IMG/VR virus record: IMGVR_UViG_3300025009_000105
Coordinates: 1-62,857 of that record
DNA length: 62,857 nucleotides
Source: a virus
Taxonomy: Duplodnaviria > Caudoviricetes
Reading direction: 5' to 3' (one strand)
The notes under the pieces were generated by a model that searched no databases, was not told the origin of the DNA, and saw only the letters and a program-made list of their open reading frames with translations. Numbering within the stretch: the first letter of the stretch is position 1; each line of letters opens with the position of its first letter. Of the stretch, positions 7,395 to 16,488 are shown in pieces. A program made the translations under genes and the position numbers.

Positions 7395-8703
7395 AAATGG
7401 AAATTTCAAGTATTCCATCATCGTCTGGTCCGACATCAAGAAAAGTTACAAAAGCACCATCTGCGCGGCAGTCAACCTTTACCGCGCCATCCACACGGAA
7501 TTTGGTGAGTATTATATTATTGCAAATGATCTAAAACAGGCGAACTCGCGCGTTGCGCAGTATTTGCGCCGCGCAATTCTACTCAGCCCGGAACTAAGAA
7601 AAAAATGCAAGATGGCGGGGTATCGTATCGAAGTGCCGTCAGGCTCCTACATCGAGGCGATTCCCATTGATCCTTCTGGTGAGGCCGGAACCAACGCGGA
7701 TCAGATTTCTTTCAGCGAGTTATGGGGCGCATACGAGGACGCAAAGCAGAACATGTGGGCGGAAATGACAATACCCCCAGGAAAGCACGGGCAGGCATTT
7801 CGCTGGGTGGAGTCTTATGCGGGATTTGTAGGGGAAAGCCAATTGCTATATTCCCTATACGAATTAGGGGTTAAGCAGGGAGAGATGTTGTGGCCCGACC
7901 GTCTCTATCACACAAACTTTGGCGACCCCTCTCCTCTGGAACTTTATGTCAATCGTCCTGCTCGCATGTTGTGCTTGTGGAATACAGTGCCGCGCTGCTC
8001 GGCGCAAAGCAAGGAATACTACGATTCTGAAAGAACAATCTTAACTCCCATCCAGTTTGACAGGATGCACAGAAACCAATGGGTTACGTCAACAGAAACC
8101 TTCGTCCCGATGGCTTGGTTTTACGCGTGCAAAAGAGCAAATGAGGAGTGGCCCGAATTTGATAAAAAGAATCAGGCAATGATAATTGGGCTAGACGCCG
8201 GAGTCTCTGATGATAACTTCGGTATGTACATGGGTTGCCGTCACCCAACGCGCCCGGAAGAAGTCCTTACCGAATATGTTAGAAGGTGGGCTCCTCCAAA
8301 GAACGGAAAAATAGATTTTCAGGGAACCGAAGAACATCCCGGCCCCGAAAGAGAATTGCGAAGATTGATAAAAGAATATAACGTGATCGAGGTGGCTTAT
8401 GACCCACACGAAATGCACGACTTCACCAACCGCCTGCGGAAAGAAGGGCTGGCGTGGTTTAGACCGTTTATCCAAGGTGACGACCGGTTGATTGCTGACA
8501 GCGGCATAAGGAATCTAATTCGCGACAGAAAACTATGGTACAGAGGCGAGAAAGATTTCGAGGAGCATGTGCAAAACGCGGACGCAAAGGTGGATCCAGA
8601 GGATCGGAAAATTCGCATCGTCAAGAGGGCGGAACAACTCAAAATTGACATCCTCATTTCGGCATCAATGGCTTGTCACGAACTCTCCCGCCTAAATCTA
8701 TAG
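7168..8703 (+). CDS. terL: terminase large subunit
   Basis: LEDYQ adenine-binding motif, variant Walker A/B, RNase H-like IGLDAG, AYDP, KID; position before portal; exact start uncertain. Confidence 0.85.
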   Translation: MSSHESSESLVTTLQRDMGRMIGEAAEKKLSSQDPVRWIERNFYIPETKNDPKLKGRIGLEDYQRDALREALSRDENGNFKYSIIVWSDIKKSYKSTICAAVNLYRAIHTEFGEYYIIANDLKQANSRVAQYLRRAILLSPELRKKCKMAGYRIEVPSGSYIEAIPIDPSGEAGTNADQISFSELWGAYEDAKQNMWAEMTIPPGKHGQAFRWVESYAGFVGESQLLYSLYELGVKQGEMLWPDRLYHTNFGDPSPLELYVNRPARMLCLWNTVPRCSAQSKEYYDSERTILTPIQFDRMHRNQWVTSTETFVPMAWFYACKRANEEWPEFDKKNQAMIIGLDAGVSDDNFGMYMGCRHPTRPEEVLTEYVRRWAPPKNGKIDFQGTEEHPGPERELRRLIKEYNVIEVAYDPHEMHDFTNRLRKEGLAWFRPFIQGDDRLIADSGIRNLIRDRKLWYRGEKDFEEHVQNADAKVDPEDRKIRIVKRAEQLKIDILISASMACHELSRLNL

Positions 8704-8704
8704 A

Positions 8705-8770
8705 TGGTATAATAAGAACACCCGCGACGTTGAGGCGTCCGGGTGTTTGACCAAAACCCTGTTGGAGGTT
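8705..8770 (+). promoter_or_regulatory. extended -10 promoter plus stem-loop leader of an HNH gene
   Basis: TGGTATAAT 8705-8713; GAACACCCG-C-GACG...CGTC-CGGGTGTTT stem; GGAGG SD. Confidence 0.6.
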
Positions 8771-8773
8771 CTG

Positions 8774-9418
8774 ATGAAAAATATTGTAGCACAGAAAACG
8801 TGTTCGTTGTGCAAGAAAGAAAAAGAGACGCGATATTTCAATAAAGACAAAAGCAGGGCGGATGGGTTGTCTTATGTGTGCCGAGCATGTTCCCAAAAAA
8901 GGTCTAATCTTTATTACAAGAATCACATAGAAGAACGACTTGCGAAATATAAAAAATATAGGGAGGACAATAAGGAGCGTTTACGCGTCAGGGCGAAAGA
9001 GTTGTACTTTTCCGACCCGAAAAGATTTAATGGATATGTCAAAAAATGGACGAATAAAAACATAGACCATGTAAAAACAAAGCAAAAAGAATGGCGCGAA
9101 AACAACGTGGAAAGAATAAAGAAAACCGTAAGAGAGTGGGCGGATGCGAATAAAGACAGGCGTGCATTGTCTGCCGAAAAACGCAGGGCATTAAAACATG
9201 CTGATGGCGGAATAGTAACAGCGCGGGAATGGAAAGACCTGAAAACGAAATACGGCAATAAATGTTTGCGCTGCGGAAGGGATGATGTAAAACTAACGAT
9301 GGATCATGCGACTCCGTTGTCCGCTGGCGGAAAACACGTAATCGAAAACATCCAGCCCCTCTGCGGTTCGTGTAATAGCATCAAGCATACACAGACAATA
9401 GATTATCGCCCCTTCTGA
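8774..9418 (+). CDS. HNH endonuclease with N-terminal zinc ribbon and basic helical repeats
   Basis: CSLC...CRAC; CLRC...DHATPLSAGGKHVIENIQPLCGSCN; AT-rich insert. Confidence 0.9.
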   Translation: MKNIVAQKTCSLCKKEKETRYFNKDKSRADGLSYVCRACSQKRSNLYYKNHIEERLAKYKKYREDNKERLRVRAKELYFSDPKRFNGYVKKWTNKNIDHVKTKQKEWRENNVERIKKTVREWADANKDRRALSAEKRRALKHADGGIVTAREWKDLKTKYGNKCLRCGRDDVKLTMDHATPLSAGGKHVIENIQPLCGSCNSIKHTQTIDYRPF

Positions 9419-9434
9419 CAGACGGGGCTTTTTT
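9408..9434 (+). terminator. intrinsic terminator after the HNH gene
   Basis: GCCCC...GGGGC stem followed by T6. Confidence 0.6.
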
Positions 9435-9462
9435 GTAGTACAATCCAAAGAAATGAGGCCTA

Positions 9463-9930
9463 ATGAAAAAATCGAATTTCAAACCACGCACCACCATCCG
9501 TATTGAAGCACCACTGGCAGGCAAGGGAAAAGATGGGAAGCCGACCTTGCTATGCCCGTTCTGTCATCCGACCCATCCGATCATCCCGGGCAAGGTTTCG
9601 TTGTGCGGCACCAACCTGGAGATGCGCGCAACCCAGACCGTGTTCCGGGCAAGGTTCATCAAGAACATGGTGTGTGCCAAATGCGGTCAGGGTGGCGGAG
9701 ACATGGTGCATTTTCAGAACGCCTTTATCCACGTACATGACTGCACCCCGGGCGTGGCAACTTTCACAGAACCCCCAAGTATGACGTGGTTCGCCCGTAG
9801 TGTGTATTGGCTTCCGAATGGTTTCAAGAAACATATCGAGAAACGCACAGGCAGGGCGGTTCCAGTGGATGAAGTCAAACCGGACGGCACGCGCACCGGC
9901 AAAGTTTTAGGATACTTCTTTAACAGATAG
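9463..9930 (+). CDS. hypothetical zinc-binding protein
   Basis: CPFC and CAKC motifs; immediately before the portal. Confidence 0.65.
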   Translation: MKKSNFKPRTTIRIEAPLAGKGKDGKPTLLCPFCHPTHPIIPGKVSLCGTNLEMRATQTVFRARFIKNMVCAKCGQGGGDMVHFQNAFIHVHDCTPGVATFTEPPSMTWFARSVYWLPNGFKKHIEKRTGRAVPVDEVKPDGTRTGKVLGYFFNR

Positions 9931-9941
9931 GAAGGCGCACA

Positions 9942-11396
9942 ATGCCTAATGTTCCAAGACTAACCCCGACCAACCAGTTCCCCAAGGAAGCCATACGGCA
10001 AAGTGTGCAGGTGCAGCCCGAACCCACTGCCTCAACGACGTGGAACGGCGACCTGGCGACCATGCTGACCATCGGCATTGCGTCCGTGGCAGACCAGATC
10101 TCGCCGTGGGGAAGGAACGTCAAACTTCGGGATAAGCAGTTGCGGGATTTCTGGCCTACCGAATCCTACCTGGCTGGCGCGCTTGTCAATGTGTCCTTCC
10201 GCAACTCGGCATTCGATTGGGAGATCAAGGGCGAGTCGGATAAGGTGGTCGAGGCGGTCACGCAGATGTTCCTGTCTGCTATTTCAGGCGACTCCTTTGG
10301 TTGGGCACCGTTTATGAACAAGATTTCCGAGGACTTATACTCGCAGGACAATGGGGCGATGATCGAATTGATACGCGAGCCCGGCATGGATGCCAATAGC
10401 AAATTCAAGGGCGTGATGGCACCTGTCATTGGAATTGCCCACCTCGACTCAAACCAATGCACTCGTACTGGAAATGCCGAATATCCCATCCTGTATGAAG
10501 ATGCAAAATCAAAAGTTCATAAACTGAAGTGGTGGCAGGTGATCCCGCTTTCGGATTACCCATCCTCCATTCAGCGCATGAACGGTGTGGGGTACTGCGC
10601 GGTGACGCGCGCCTTACGCCTGGCGCAGATCATGCGCTCCATCGAATTGTTCAAGGACGAAAAGATAGGTGGACGGCACTTCAAGTCCATTCACATCGTC
10701 TCCGGCGTGGCGCGCATGGAACTCGAGGATGCAAAGAAGCGCGGCAGGGAGGAGGCGGACAATCAAGGGCAGATGCGCTACATCGACCCCGTGATCATTG
10801 CATCCCTTGACCCGGAGAAACCGGTCTCGACCGCCACGATCGATCTCGCTTCCCTGCCGGAGGGCTTCAATCTCGACCAGGAAATGCAGTGGTACATATC
10901 CGGTCTTGCGCTTTCCTTCGGCGTGGATTATCAGGAGTTCGCTCCTCTCCCGGGCGGCAACATTGGCTCCAGCGCACAGTCCATGATGCTCCATAAAAAG
11001 ACCAGTGGCAAGGGACCGCGCATCTTCATGCGCACATTGGTTGAGGCATTCAAGAATTACGGCGCCATCCCCCGCGGGTACGACATGATATTCAATGACC
11101 GCAACGAGCAGGAGGAGATGGAAAAGCAGGAGATCCGCACCAAGGCTATCGAGGAAGTCGTGATGGCTGTACGCGCCTTCGTCCTCACCCCGGAAGCCGC
11201 CCGTGCCGATCTGGTGAAGCGCGGCATCTACACCAAGGAAACGGTCAAAGGCATCCCGACAGACTACGGTCTGGATGAAATGAAGCCCAAGCAGAATGTG
11301 GGCGAGATTGGCGGCTCCACGATTGGCGATGACACCAAGCGCCAGGATACCGGAAAGACCAACGACAAAAAGAGTGGAAGGCTTGCGAAAACATGA
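9942..11396 (+). CDS. portal protein
   Basis: 484 aa after TerL; D....DNGA.IE, G.G.CAV.RA and LALSFGVD..E patterns. Confidence 0.8.
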   Translation: MPNVPRLTPTNQFPKEAIRQSVQVQPEPTASTTWNGDLATMLTIGIASVADQISPWGRNVKLRDKQLRDFWPTESYLAGALVNVSFRNSAFDWEIKGESDKVVEAVTQMFLSAISGDSFGWAPFMNKISEDLYSQDNGAMIELIREPGMDANSKFKGVMAPVIGIAHLDSNQCTRTGNAEYPILYEDAKSKVHKLKWWQVIPLSDYPSSIQRMNGVGYCAVTRALRLAQIMRSIELFKDEKIGGRHFKSIHIVSGVARMELEDAKKRGREEADNQGQMRYIDPVIIASLDPEKPVSTATIDLASLPEGFNLDQEMQWYISGLALSFGVDYQEFAPLPGGNIGSSAQSMMLHKKTSGKGPRIFMRTLVEAFKNYGAIPRGYDMIFNDRNEQEEMEKQEIRTKAIEEVVMAVRAFVLTPEAARADLVKRGIYTKETVKGIPTDYGLDEMKPKQNVGEIGGSTIGDDTKRQDTGKTNDKKSGRLAKT

Positions 11397-11713
11397 GCCC
11401 AATTCGACTTCCCGGAACTTCGCCATCCCAGACCGAGATCAAGTCCACCGTTGACGCGAACGGCGAGCATATTCCGCATGTAAATATTGATAGCGCAATT
11501 ACTGTTGACATGGCGACGGTGGTTGCGGAGTTGGAAGTTCTCAACTCCCTTATCCCGGATTTATATGATTACATTGGAGACTTTGTGTATGACGTTAACA
11601 GCAACCTGACTTCCATCACATTCAGATTAGGAGGTCCGGCAGGCGCGGTTGTTTGCACTCTCACCATGACCTATGATGGAAGTAATCGTTTGACAAGCGT
11701 TTGGTCAACATGA
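11393..11713 (+). CDS. virion-associated hypothetical protein (YD-like beta hairpins)
   Basis: YDVNSNLTSI and YDGSNRLTSV. Confidence 0.55.
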   Translation: MSPIRLPGTSPSQTEIKSTVDANGEHIPHVNIDSAITVDMATVVAELEVLNSLIPDLYDYIGDFVYDVNSNLTSITFRLGGPAGAVVCTLTMTYDGSNRLTSVWST

Positions 11714-12096
11714 GAATTGTATTCAATCCGTTTACCGCAAAGTTTGATTATGTACTTGCCCCCGCAGAAATTCTTGCGGGGCTTCTTGCGATTGACGGTG
11801 CGGGATCTGGGTTGGACGCGGATTTACTGGACAGCAATCATGCCGCCGCATTTGTTGCCGTAATTGGCGATATTATGACTGGGGATTTGCGGGGGATGGA
11901 CTTCGTTGCAACCAGGACTGTTGCGCTTGCAAGAGATGGAAGTGGATATATTTCAACAGTCACGAAAACTGGCGGCAGAACGGTTACAATCACAAGAGAC
12001 GTTAATCATTATATTACCTCCATCACAGACACAATCAATACATGGACATTCACGCGCGACGTCGACAATAAAGTGACTGATATAACGGTGACATAA
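11710..12096 (+). CDS. fibre-like structural protein
   Basis: DGAGSGLDADLLD motif typical of phage fibres; TRD..I/VT beta repeats. Confidence 0.6.
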   Translation: MRIVFNPFTAKFDYVLAPAEILAGLLAIDGAGSGLDADLLDSNHAAAFVAVIGDIMTGDLRGMDFVATRTVALARDGSGYISTVTKTGGRTVTITRDVNHYITSITDTINTWTFTRDVDNKVTDITVT

Positions 12097-12097
12097 T

Positions 12098-12442
12098 ATG
12101 ACAACTACCCTAACCAAATTGCCGGGTGCTAAATGGTGGATCGAAACAGATGACACCACATCTGAAATTGTTGGAACATATAACAAGGCGTTTATTGTCG
12201 CGGATATTCAAGCGATACGGGACACATTGTTACGGTATCCATCCCCCGCCCAAGATGCCAGTGATGTGGCGGATTTGCTGGTTGCAATCGCTGGGAAGTG
12301 GACACCCGCCAAAAACGCACGCATAGTCGCGTTGACAAACTCCATGTATCAGGCGTATCAGGGCGATCAAAAAAACTTGGAAGCAGCGCAGTTACAGGCT
12401 AGGCTGGACGCATTGATTATCTTGCGGGATAGGTTGGTCTAA
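12098..12442 (+). CDS. hypothetical protein (possible fibre chaperone)
   Basis: 114 aa, translationally coupled inside the fibre module. Confidence 0.5.
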   Translation: MTTTLTKLPGAKWWIETDDTTSEIVGTYNKAFIVADIQAIRDTLLRYPSPAQDASDVADLLVAIAGKWTPAKNARIVALTNSMYQAYQGDQKNLEAAQLQARLDALIILRDRLV

Positions 12443-14235
12443 TGCCTACTAAAACAAGTAACGGTACTGGCGGCGGGTTGTTTTCAGCGGGCGCGACCTG
12501 GGTGGGCGGCGTTGCCCCCATTGATAACGACACTGTTGTAATCGCCGCTGGCGATGTTGTTACCTACGAGTCGGATTGGTCGAGCGCCGTCACGTATCCA
12601 AATGGTATTGCTGGAATGACCATCACAGGTACGCTGAAATTGTCCCGCACCACATCCGGCTATCTGAAAATGAAAGCGGCAACGACAATCGCTGGGGCTG
12701 GCACATTCGACTGCGGCGCGTCTGCGGGAGATGCCATTCCGTTTGCTGTCAAGCATACGATCACGGGCGGCGCGGCGTGGTTCATTCAGGGGTCGGGCGG
12801 ACTGACCATGACGGTCTATGCCGCAGAACCCGCCATCCCTACCGCTTACTTATCTGGTGCAGAGGCGATTGGGCAGACCGAGTTGGGCCTGGACAGAGAT
12901 ATAACCGGAGATATTTGGGCGGACGGGGATACGGTACAAATAGACAATATCAATAAAATAGACAATAGCGAGGAGCGCACGATTGCGGCAGGAGGAAGGA
13001 ACGCGGCGCACATTGACGTAACTGCCGGACTTACCGCCGCCAAATTACAAGGCTCGCTAGTTCATCTTACGACCCGCAACGTCCGCTTGGTTGGCGTTGG
13101 CGCGTCTGGGTTTGTTGCTCAAAACTTTGCAACTAGCAAACTAACCATAGCAGGCGGAGAGTGGACAACAAGCTATAGGATATTTAATGCTTGTACGGGC
13201 ATGGCAGTTTCGGGTGGCGTATTTCATGGGAGTGCGGTTGTGTTTAGAGGTTGTACTTCTGCGTCTATTACGGGAGGTGTGTTTACCGGAAACTCCAATC
13301 CAATTAACGTATGTACTGCATTCTCTGTTTCCGGTGGTATTTTTTCTGGATTTTCTAATGGCATTTCAGGAAACGGACATAAAGTTTCTGGCGGGACATT
13401 CATTGGCGGCTATTATCCCTTTTCTGATGCTTTTGGGATTGTTGTGTCGGGTGGGTCGTTTTCGTATTGCACTTATGCGTTTTGGACTTCATTCGGAATT
13501 ATAACCGGAGGGACGTTTAGTTACTGTACAAATGGGTTATATAATAGCGCGTTTGAAATTAAAAATGCAACCTTCTCAAACAACTCAACCTCTGATGTGG
13601 CATTATCGTCCGTAAAGGCATTTAATACGTCTTTCTTATCAACAGAAAACACCGGATATACAAGTTTGGCGAGAGAGGTTTATTCCGAGTCAATAGATCA
13701 CGATACAACAGCAGGAGCGTTTACCGCGTGGACAAAAGGCGGGATAACCACCAACGCGAGCGCGACTCTCCCGACTGGTTTTACCACCTACATGACAACC
13801 GCATTGGAGAACGCCGCAATTGAAGGATTTTGGCAGAAGGAGGTATTGGTAGCGTCGGGCGCGTCCGCAACAATCTCAATGTGCCTGCGTAAAACGGCGG
13901 CGATGACATATCTCCCTCGTTGTATTGTGTTCAATAAGGCGTCCACCGACCCGTTCACTGGAGGGGCTGGACTAAACACGTTCACTATGACCGACAGTAT
14001 TGATACGTGGGAGTACAGCACATACACCTATACAAATTCTGGAACGGCAGATGTTACTTTGGTTATTCGCTTTCAGGGAGAGAACGCAACTGGAAACATG
14101 CTGTCCGCTGTGGGCGTGGAGGTGCTGAATGTGGACTTGACAACTGTATTGGCGAACCTCGCCATTGTGGACGCAAATATAGACATCATTAAGGTTCTGG
14201 CGGATGACGCCGTGGCGTTGATAGCGAGTAAATAA
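12442..14235 (+). CDS. beta-helix spike/decoration protein with G8-like N-terminus
   Basis: ATWVGGVAP..D.VVI start; periodic (S/T)GGxF repeats; C-terminal helical tail. Confidence 0.65.
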   Translation: MPTKTSNGTGGGLFSAGATWVGGVAPIDNDTVVIAAGDVVTYESDWSSAVTYPNGIAGMTITGTLKLSRTTSGYLKMKAATTIAGAGTFDCGASAGDAIPFAVKHTITGGAAWFIQGSGGLTMTVYAAEPAIPTAYLSGAEAIGQTELGLDRDITGDIWADGDTVQIDNINKIDNSEERTIAAGGRNAAHIDVTAGLTAAKLQGSLVHLTTRNVRLVGVGASGFVAQNFATSKLTIAGGEWTTSYRIFNACTGMAVSGGVFHGSAVVFRGCTSASITGGVFTGNSNPINVCTAFSVSGGIFSGFSNGISGNGHKVSGGTFIGGYYPFSDAFGIVVSGGSFSYCTYAFWTSFGIITGGTFSYCTNGLYNSAFEIKNATFSNNSTSDVALSSVKAFNTSFLSTENTGYTSLAREVYSESIDHDTTAGAFTAWTKGGITTNASATLPTGFTTYMTTALENAAIEGFWQKEVLVASGASATISMCLRKTAAMTYLPRCIVFNKASTDPFTGGAGLNTFTMTDSIDTWEYSTYTYTNSGTADVTLVIRFQGENATGNMLSAVGVEVLNVDLTTVLANLAIVDANIDIIKVLADDAVALIASK

Positions 14236-14750
14236 TGTCGCTTGCCATTCACTTCTCGCTCACCCTCCCCAAAGACGGCACCTTCCGCAATAAAAAGTGG
14301 AAGGAGGAAATTCTGCGCGCCATGAAGTATAAGTCCGAGCCGGAACTTAAGAAGTTGTTCAACCAGACGGTTTTCGGTTGGAGCACGAAGCCACGCGCAA
14401 AGTTCGACCACGTGTGGGAGGGAGATCGTGCGGTGATAGACATGTATGCTGCGGGAGAAGGCGCGGATACCTGGAACCTCGTCAGTTCTGGGTCTCCGCA
14501 CCACAGGATCCCCCCAAAGAATTTTGGTGGACTGTTGTGGTTTCGCCCTGGCTATAAAGCCGCAACGAAACCCGGGCAACTTCAGTCTGGACGCGCCTAC
14601 CGTTCCGGGAAATATGTAAATGCTTTTGAAATTCCAGACCACCCCGGATTCGAGGCGCGCAAGTTCCCCGAACTCATTGAGCGAGAGTTCGAGCGCAAGT
14701 TCATTAACCAGATGCAGGACGCATTTAACAAAGCGGCAAGAGAAAAATAG
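14235..14750 (+). CDS. neck/head-completion protein (HK97 gp10-like)
   Basis: basic protein; G...HRIPPK...L.F and HPG...RKF pattern. Confidence 0.5.
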   Translation: MSLAIHFSLTLPKDGTFRNKKWKEEILRAMKYKSEPELKKLFNQTVFGWSTKPRAKFDHVWEGDRAVIDMYAAGEGADTWNLVSSGSPHHRIPPKNFGGLLWFRPGYKAATKPGQLQSGRAYRSGKYVNAFEIPDHPGFEARKFPELIEREFERKFINQMQDAFNKAAREK

Positions 14751-14810
14751 TCAAGTGACAAATGTCATGTTTTTTGTAGTACAATACTCCAAACCAACAG
14801 GAAGGTTCCT

Positions 14811-16478
14811 ATGGCAAAAAAGAGTGAAAAAGAAAAACGCCGTGACCGCTTGGAGCGAGAACGCCTAAAACTCAAGAAACAACTTGCGCGGGACGAGGCC
14901 ATGATCAACTCCGATGAGCCGTTCACCGAGGAGGAAGTCGAACCCATCGAGGACGACGTACCAGAGGAATCGGAAAAGTCCATGGAAGCAGGCGAAGTCG
15001 CACTTTCGATGGGCGGTCCTACTTCCTTTGGCGAATTGGATATGGCGCGTGAGATGCAGGCAAAGAACGGCGAATTGCAATCGACCGCCTACGATGTGGA
15101 GGCACTCGTCCGTAACATCGTTTACCATCCCATGCTGACCCCTGCGGAAAAGTCCAACGCCATCAAAGCCGTTGGAAACGAGTTCGGAACGCGGGTGGAA
15201 TCCATTATGGACAAGCCCGTGATGAAGGAACTTGATATGGACTTGCTGGAGTTGGAGGCGCTGATCGCAAAAGACACGCGCGCTACTCCGGTTGCCGAAC
15301 GTGTCGGAAATTGGGTTGCAAAGGCGATCATGGGATCCACGGTGGAAAACAAACTCCAGGACAAGACGCACGTCCGAATTGCCATGGCGCGCGCCGCCCA
15401 GATGATCAGGCGCGGCGGCGAGGATGCAGAACAGGCGCGCGCTGAACTTCCCAAGATCAAGACTGCCGCAAAGAGCATGGGCATTGGCAGTATCGAGAAA
15501 ACGCAAAGCGCGGTGGTGATCGAGAAGGACGCCAGTGGAACGTGGCGCGCTGTGATGTGGCCTTCCAACAATTTCAAGGATTGGGACGGGGAGATCATCT
15601 CCGAAAAAGCCCATCTTGAATATGTGGAATGGGTCAATAAGAATATGGACTGCGCTCCCGTCTTTACGACCTGGCACAAACCCGAACTGGTTCGGGAGCA
15701 TCCGGTGGATTTCGTTTCCTATGAGAACGGTTTCCTGCTGATGAGTGCGCCACTGACCGAGGCGGAAGCCGGCGCCTTGCTGAAGGCACAGAAACTCACC
15801 GACATTGGAATGTCACATGGTTCATTGGTTTTCGAGCGCGACCCGCAAGACCCGCGCATCATAAACAAGTATCGAATGGTAGAGGTGTCTGACCTGCCGC
15901 TGGAAAACGCGGCCAATCCATTCACAGATTTTTCAACCCTCATAAAGGAGGCTGATATGGATACACTGAAATACCTTGCCGCAATTCTCGGCAGCGAGGA
16001 AAAGGCGAAAGCCTACCTCGATAAGACCGAGGGCAAACAGAAGGCGTTGCAGGCGGCTGGCGTGGAGACCAAAGAGGTGAAACCGGAAACGGTTGAAACT
16101 CCTGCGGTTGAAACTCCCGCTCCCGTTGCTCCCCCCGCGCCCAACACGGATGAGATCGTGGCGAAGGTTCTGAAGGAACTGGACATCGAAGGATTGCAGG
16201 ACTTCCTCAAGAAGTCGCAGGAATCCCTCGAGAAGGTGCCTGTCCTGGAGAAACTTGTGCAGGATCTCTCCGGCAACCGGGACGACTGGTTGGCGGAAAA
16301 GATTGCTCCCGCTGCCGAAAAGCGGTTCCTCTGGTCACGCGCTTCGGGAGACGAAACCAACGTCTTGAATAAAGACGATGCTGCCGACGAGGAACTCAAG
16401 AAAACCGCGGCAGGACTTCCCGAAAACTGGCTTGGTGATGCCCTCGGCGTCCAGCCACTCGTTCTCGAAACCAAGTAG
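14811..16478 (+). CDS. prohead protease-scaffold fusion
   Basis: D.DGEII, WH, GMSHG and EVS.LP...AANP protease motifs; Pro/Glu-rich scaffold C-terminus; precedes the capsid gene. Confidence 0.75.
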   Translation: MAKKSEKEKRRDRLERERLKLKKQLARDEAMINSDEPFTEEEVEPIEDDVPEESEKSMEAGEVALSMGGPTSFGELDMAREMQAKNGELQSTAYDVEALVRNIVYHPMLTPAEKSNAIKAVGNEFGTRVESIMDKPVMKELDMDLLELEALIAKDTRATPVAERVGNWVAKAIMGSTVENKLQDKTHVRIAMARAAQMIRRGGEDAEQARAELPKIKTAAKSMGIGSIEKTQSAVVIEKDASGTWRAVMWPSNNFKDWDGEIISEKAHLEYVEWVNKNMDCAPVFTTWHKPELVREHPVDFVSYENGFLLMSAPLTEAEAGALLKAQKLTDIGMSHGSLVFERDPQDPRIINKYRMVEVSDLPLENAANPFTDFSTLIKEADMDTLKYLAAILGSEEKAKAYLDKTEGKQKALQAAGVETKEVKPETVETPAVETPAPVAPPAPNTDEIVAKVLKELDIEGLQDFLKKSQESLEKVPVLEKLVQDLSGNRDDWLAEKIAPAAEKRFLWSRASGDETNVLNKDDAADEELKKTAAGLPENWLGDALGVQPLVLETK

Positions 16479-16488
16479 GAGGTGAACT

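Noticed and set aside
8774-9418. Group I intron or intein around the HNH genes
   Set aside because: The HNH genes lie between intact genes, and terL, portal and dnaB read through without intein or intron signatures
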